From contig NW_021832983.1 in the NCBI RefSeq assembly GCF_006345805.1, positions 8,989-72,988 of the forward strand: a stretch of DNA of 64,000 bases, given 5' to 3'. Below, in pieces: positions 62,995 through 64,000 of the stretch (position 1 is the stretch's first letter; the number at the start of each line of letters is the position of its first letter). The translations under genes and the position numbers were made by a program. The notes beneath the pieces are model-generated. The model saw only the letters and a list, made by a program, of their open reading frames with translations. It had not been told where the DNA came from and searched no databases. This stretch comes from Octopus sinensis. Lineage: Eukaryota.

Positions 62995-63369
62995 GGAGGC
63001 GCAATGGCCCAGTTGTTAGGGCAGCGGACTCGCGGTCATAGGATCGTGGTTTCGATTCCCAGACCGGGCGTTGTGAGTGTTTATTGAGCGAAGACACCTA
63101 AAGCTCCACGAGGCTCCCGCAGGGGATGGTGAACCCTGCTGTACTCTTTCACCACAACTTTCTCTCACTCTTACTTCCTGTTTCTGTTGTACCTGTATTT
63201 CAAGGGGCCGGCCTTGTCACTCTCTGTGTCACGCTGAATATCCCCGAGAACTACGTTAAGGGTACCCGTGTCTGTGGAGTGCTCAGCCACTTACACGTTA
63301 ATTTCATGAGCAGGCTGTTCAGTTGAATCGGATCAACCGGAACCCTCGTCGTCGTAACCGACGGAGTGC
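62995..63369 (+). mobile_element. SINE family C, tail variant 3 (full length)
   Basis: ggaggcgcaatggcccagttgttagggcagcggactcgcgg...gtcgtcgtaaccgacggagtgc. Confidence 0.92.
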
Positions 63370-63947
63370 TTCCATCAACCTGTCTGTCTATGTTAGTCCG
63401 TCTCTTTTTGTATTTCTGTCTGCCTGTCGGTCAGTGTCTCACTGACTGCCTTTCTGTCTGTTTATCTACTTGACTCCCTGACTGACAGCCTTATTGTCTG
63501 TCTGTCTGTCTGTCTCTTGGTCCTTGTCTGTTAATCTATCTTATCTCTCGTGTCTATTAAATTTTGTACACTATCACACTTCACTTTAAGTATCGAGCTG
63601 ACAGCGTTTCGCCGGTACTGTCAATATGTGTGCGTATGCGTATGCGCCTGCATGTATGTATGTGTGTGTGTGTGTGTGTGTATGCGTGCCTATGCGTGTC
63701 TGTACTTTTCTCTCTCTTTTCCCTCTTTCTATCTCTCCCTCTACTTTTCTCTTTCTATCTCTCTTATTTTCACTTATCTTCTTGTCCCCGTCTCCCTTCC
63801 CACCCTTCCCATCTTATTCAACATTTAAGTAATAATGTATCTGTCTGCCTCGAAGGCTTTCATACACTTATTTCTACCACCTTCGTTTCAGCATACACAC
63901 ACACACGCACACACACGCACACACACACACACACCCCACACACACAT

Positions 63948-63997
<50 letters not shown>

Positions 63998-64000
63998 GCA

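Noticed and set aside
62995-63065. tRNA-like sequence (also 1-60, 25909-25980, 47585-47657, 18234-18300)
   Set aside because: These are SINE heads that continue into shared SINE bodies, with no complete cloverleaf or acceptor stem.

Overview
This is AT-rich eukaryotic DNA saturated with repeats and microsatellites, and I found no host protein-coding gene, rRNA, true tRNA gene or CRISPR array that I can support. The SINE/LINE repertoire suggests a coleoid cephalopod, probably Octopus (inference). Almost all long ORFs in the supplied track are translations of microsatellites. The real coding remnants are transposon-derived: four Penelope-like element (PLE) ORF fragments, three CR1-type and four RTE-type LINE 3' fragments, an R4/Dong-like 3' end, an L1/Tx1-like ORF1 fragment and a decayed Tc1/mariner transposase. 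At least five SINE families are present (labelled A-D and CORE-type here; the labels are mine). Four signals stand out. (1) A decayed Neptune-like PLE (19810-21400, minus) has a Ulp1/SENP (peptidase C48)-like domain upstream of its RT in what appears to be one ORF. (2) There is a dispersed set of type I hammerhead ribozyme (HHR) motifs, mostly next to (TA)n tracts. One is fully canonical (8429-8475, minus) and another has an intact core (33030-33078, minus). (3) Three fold-back palindromes each contain hammerhead-derived sequence. (4) A GC-rich PLE (6008-8059) is compositionally alien to its surroundings. SINE-A also forms head-to-tail multimers joined at microhomologies. Element boundaries were read by eye and are approximate except where TSDs, TIRs or stems are quoted.
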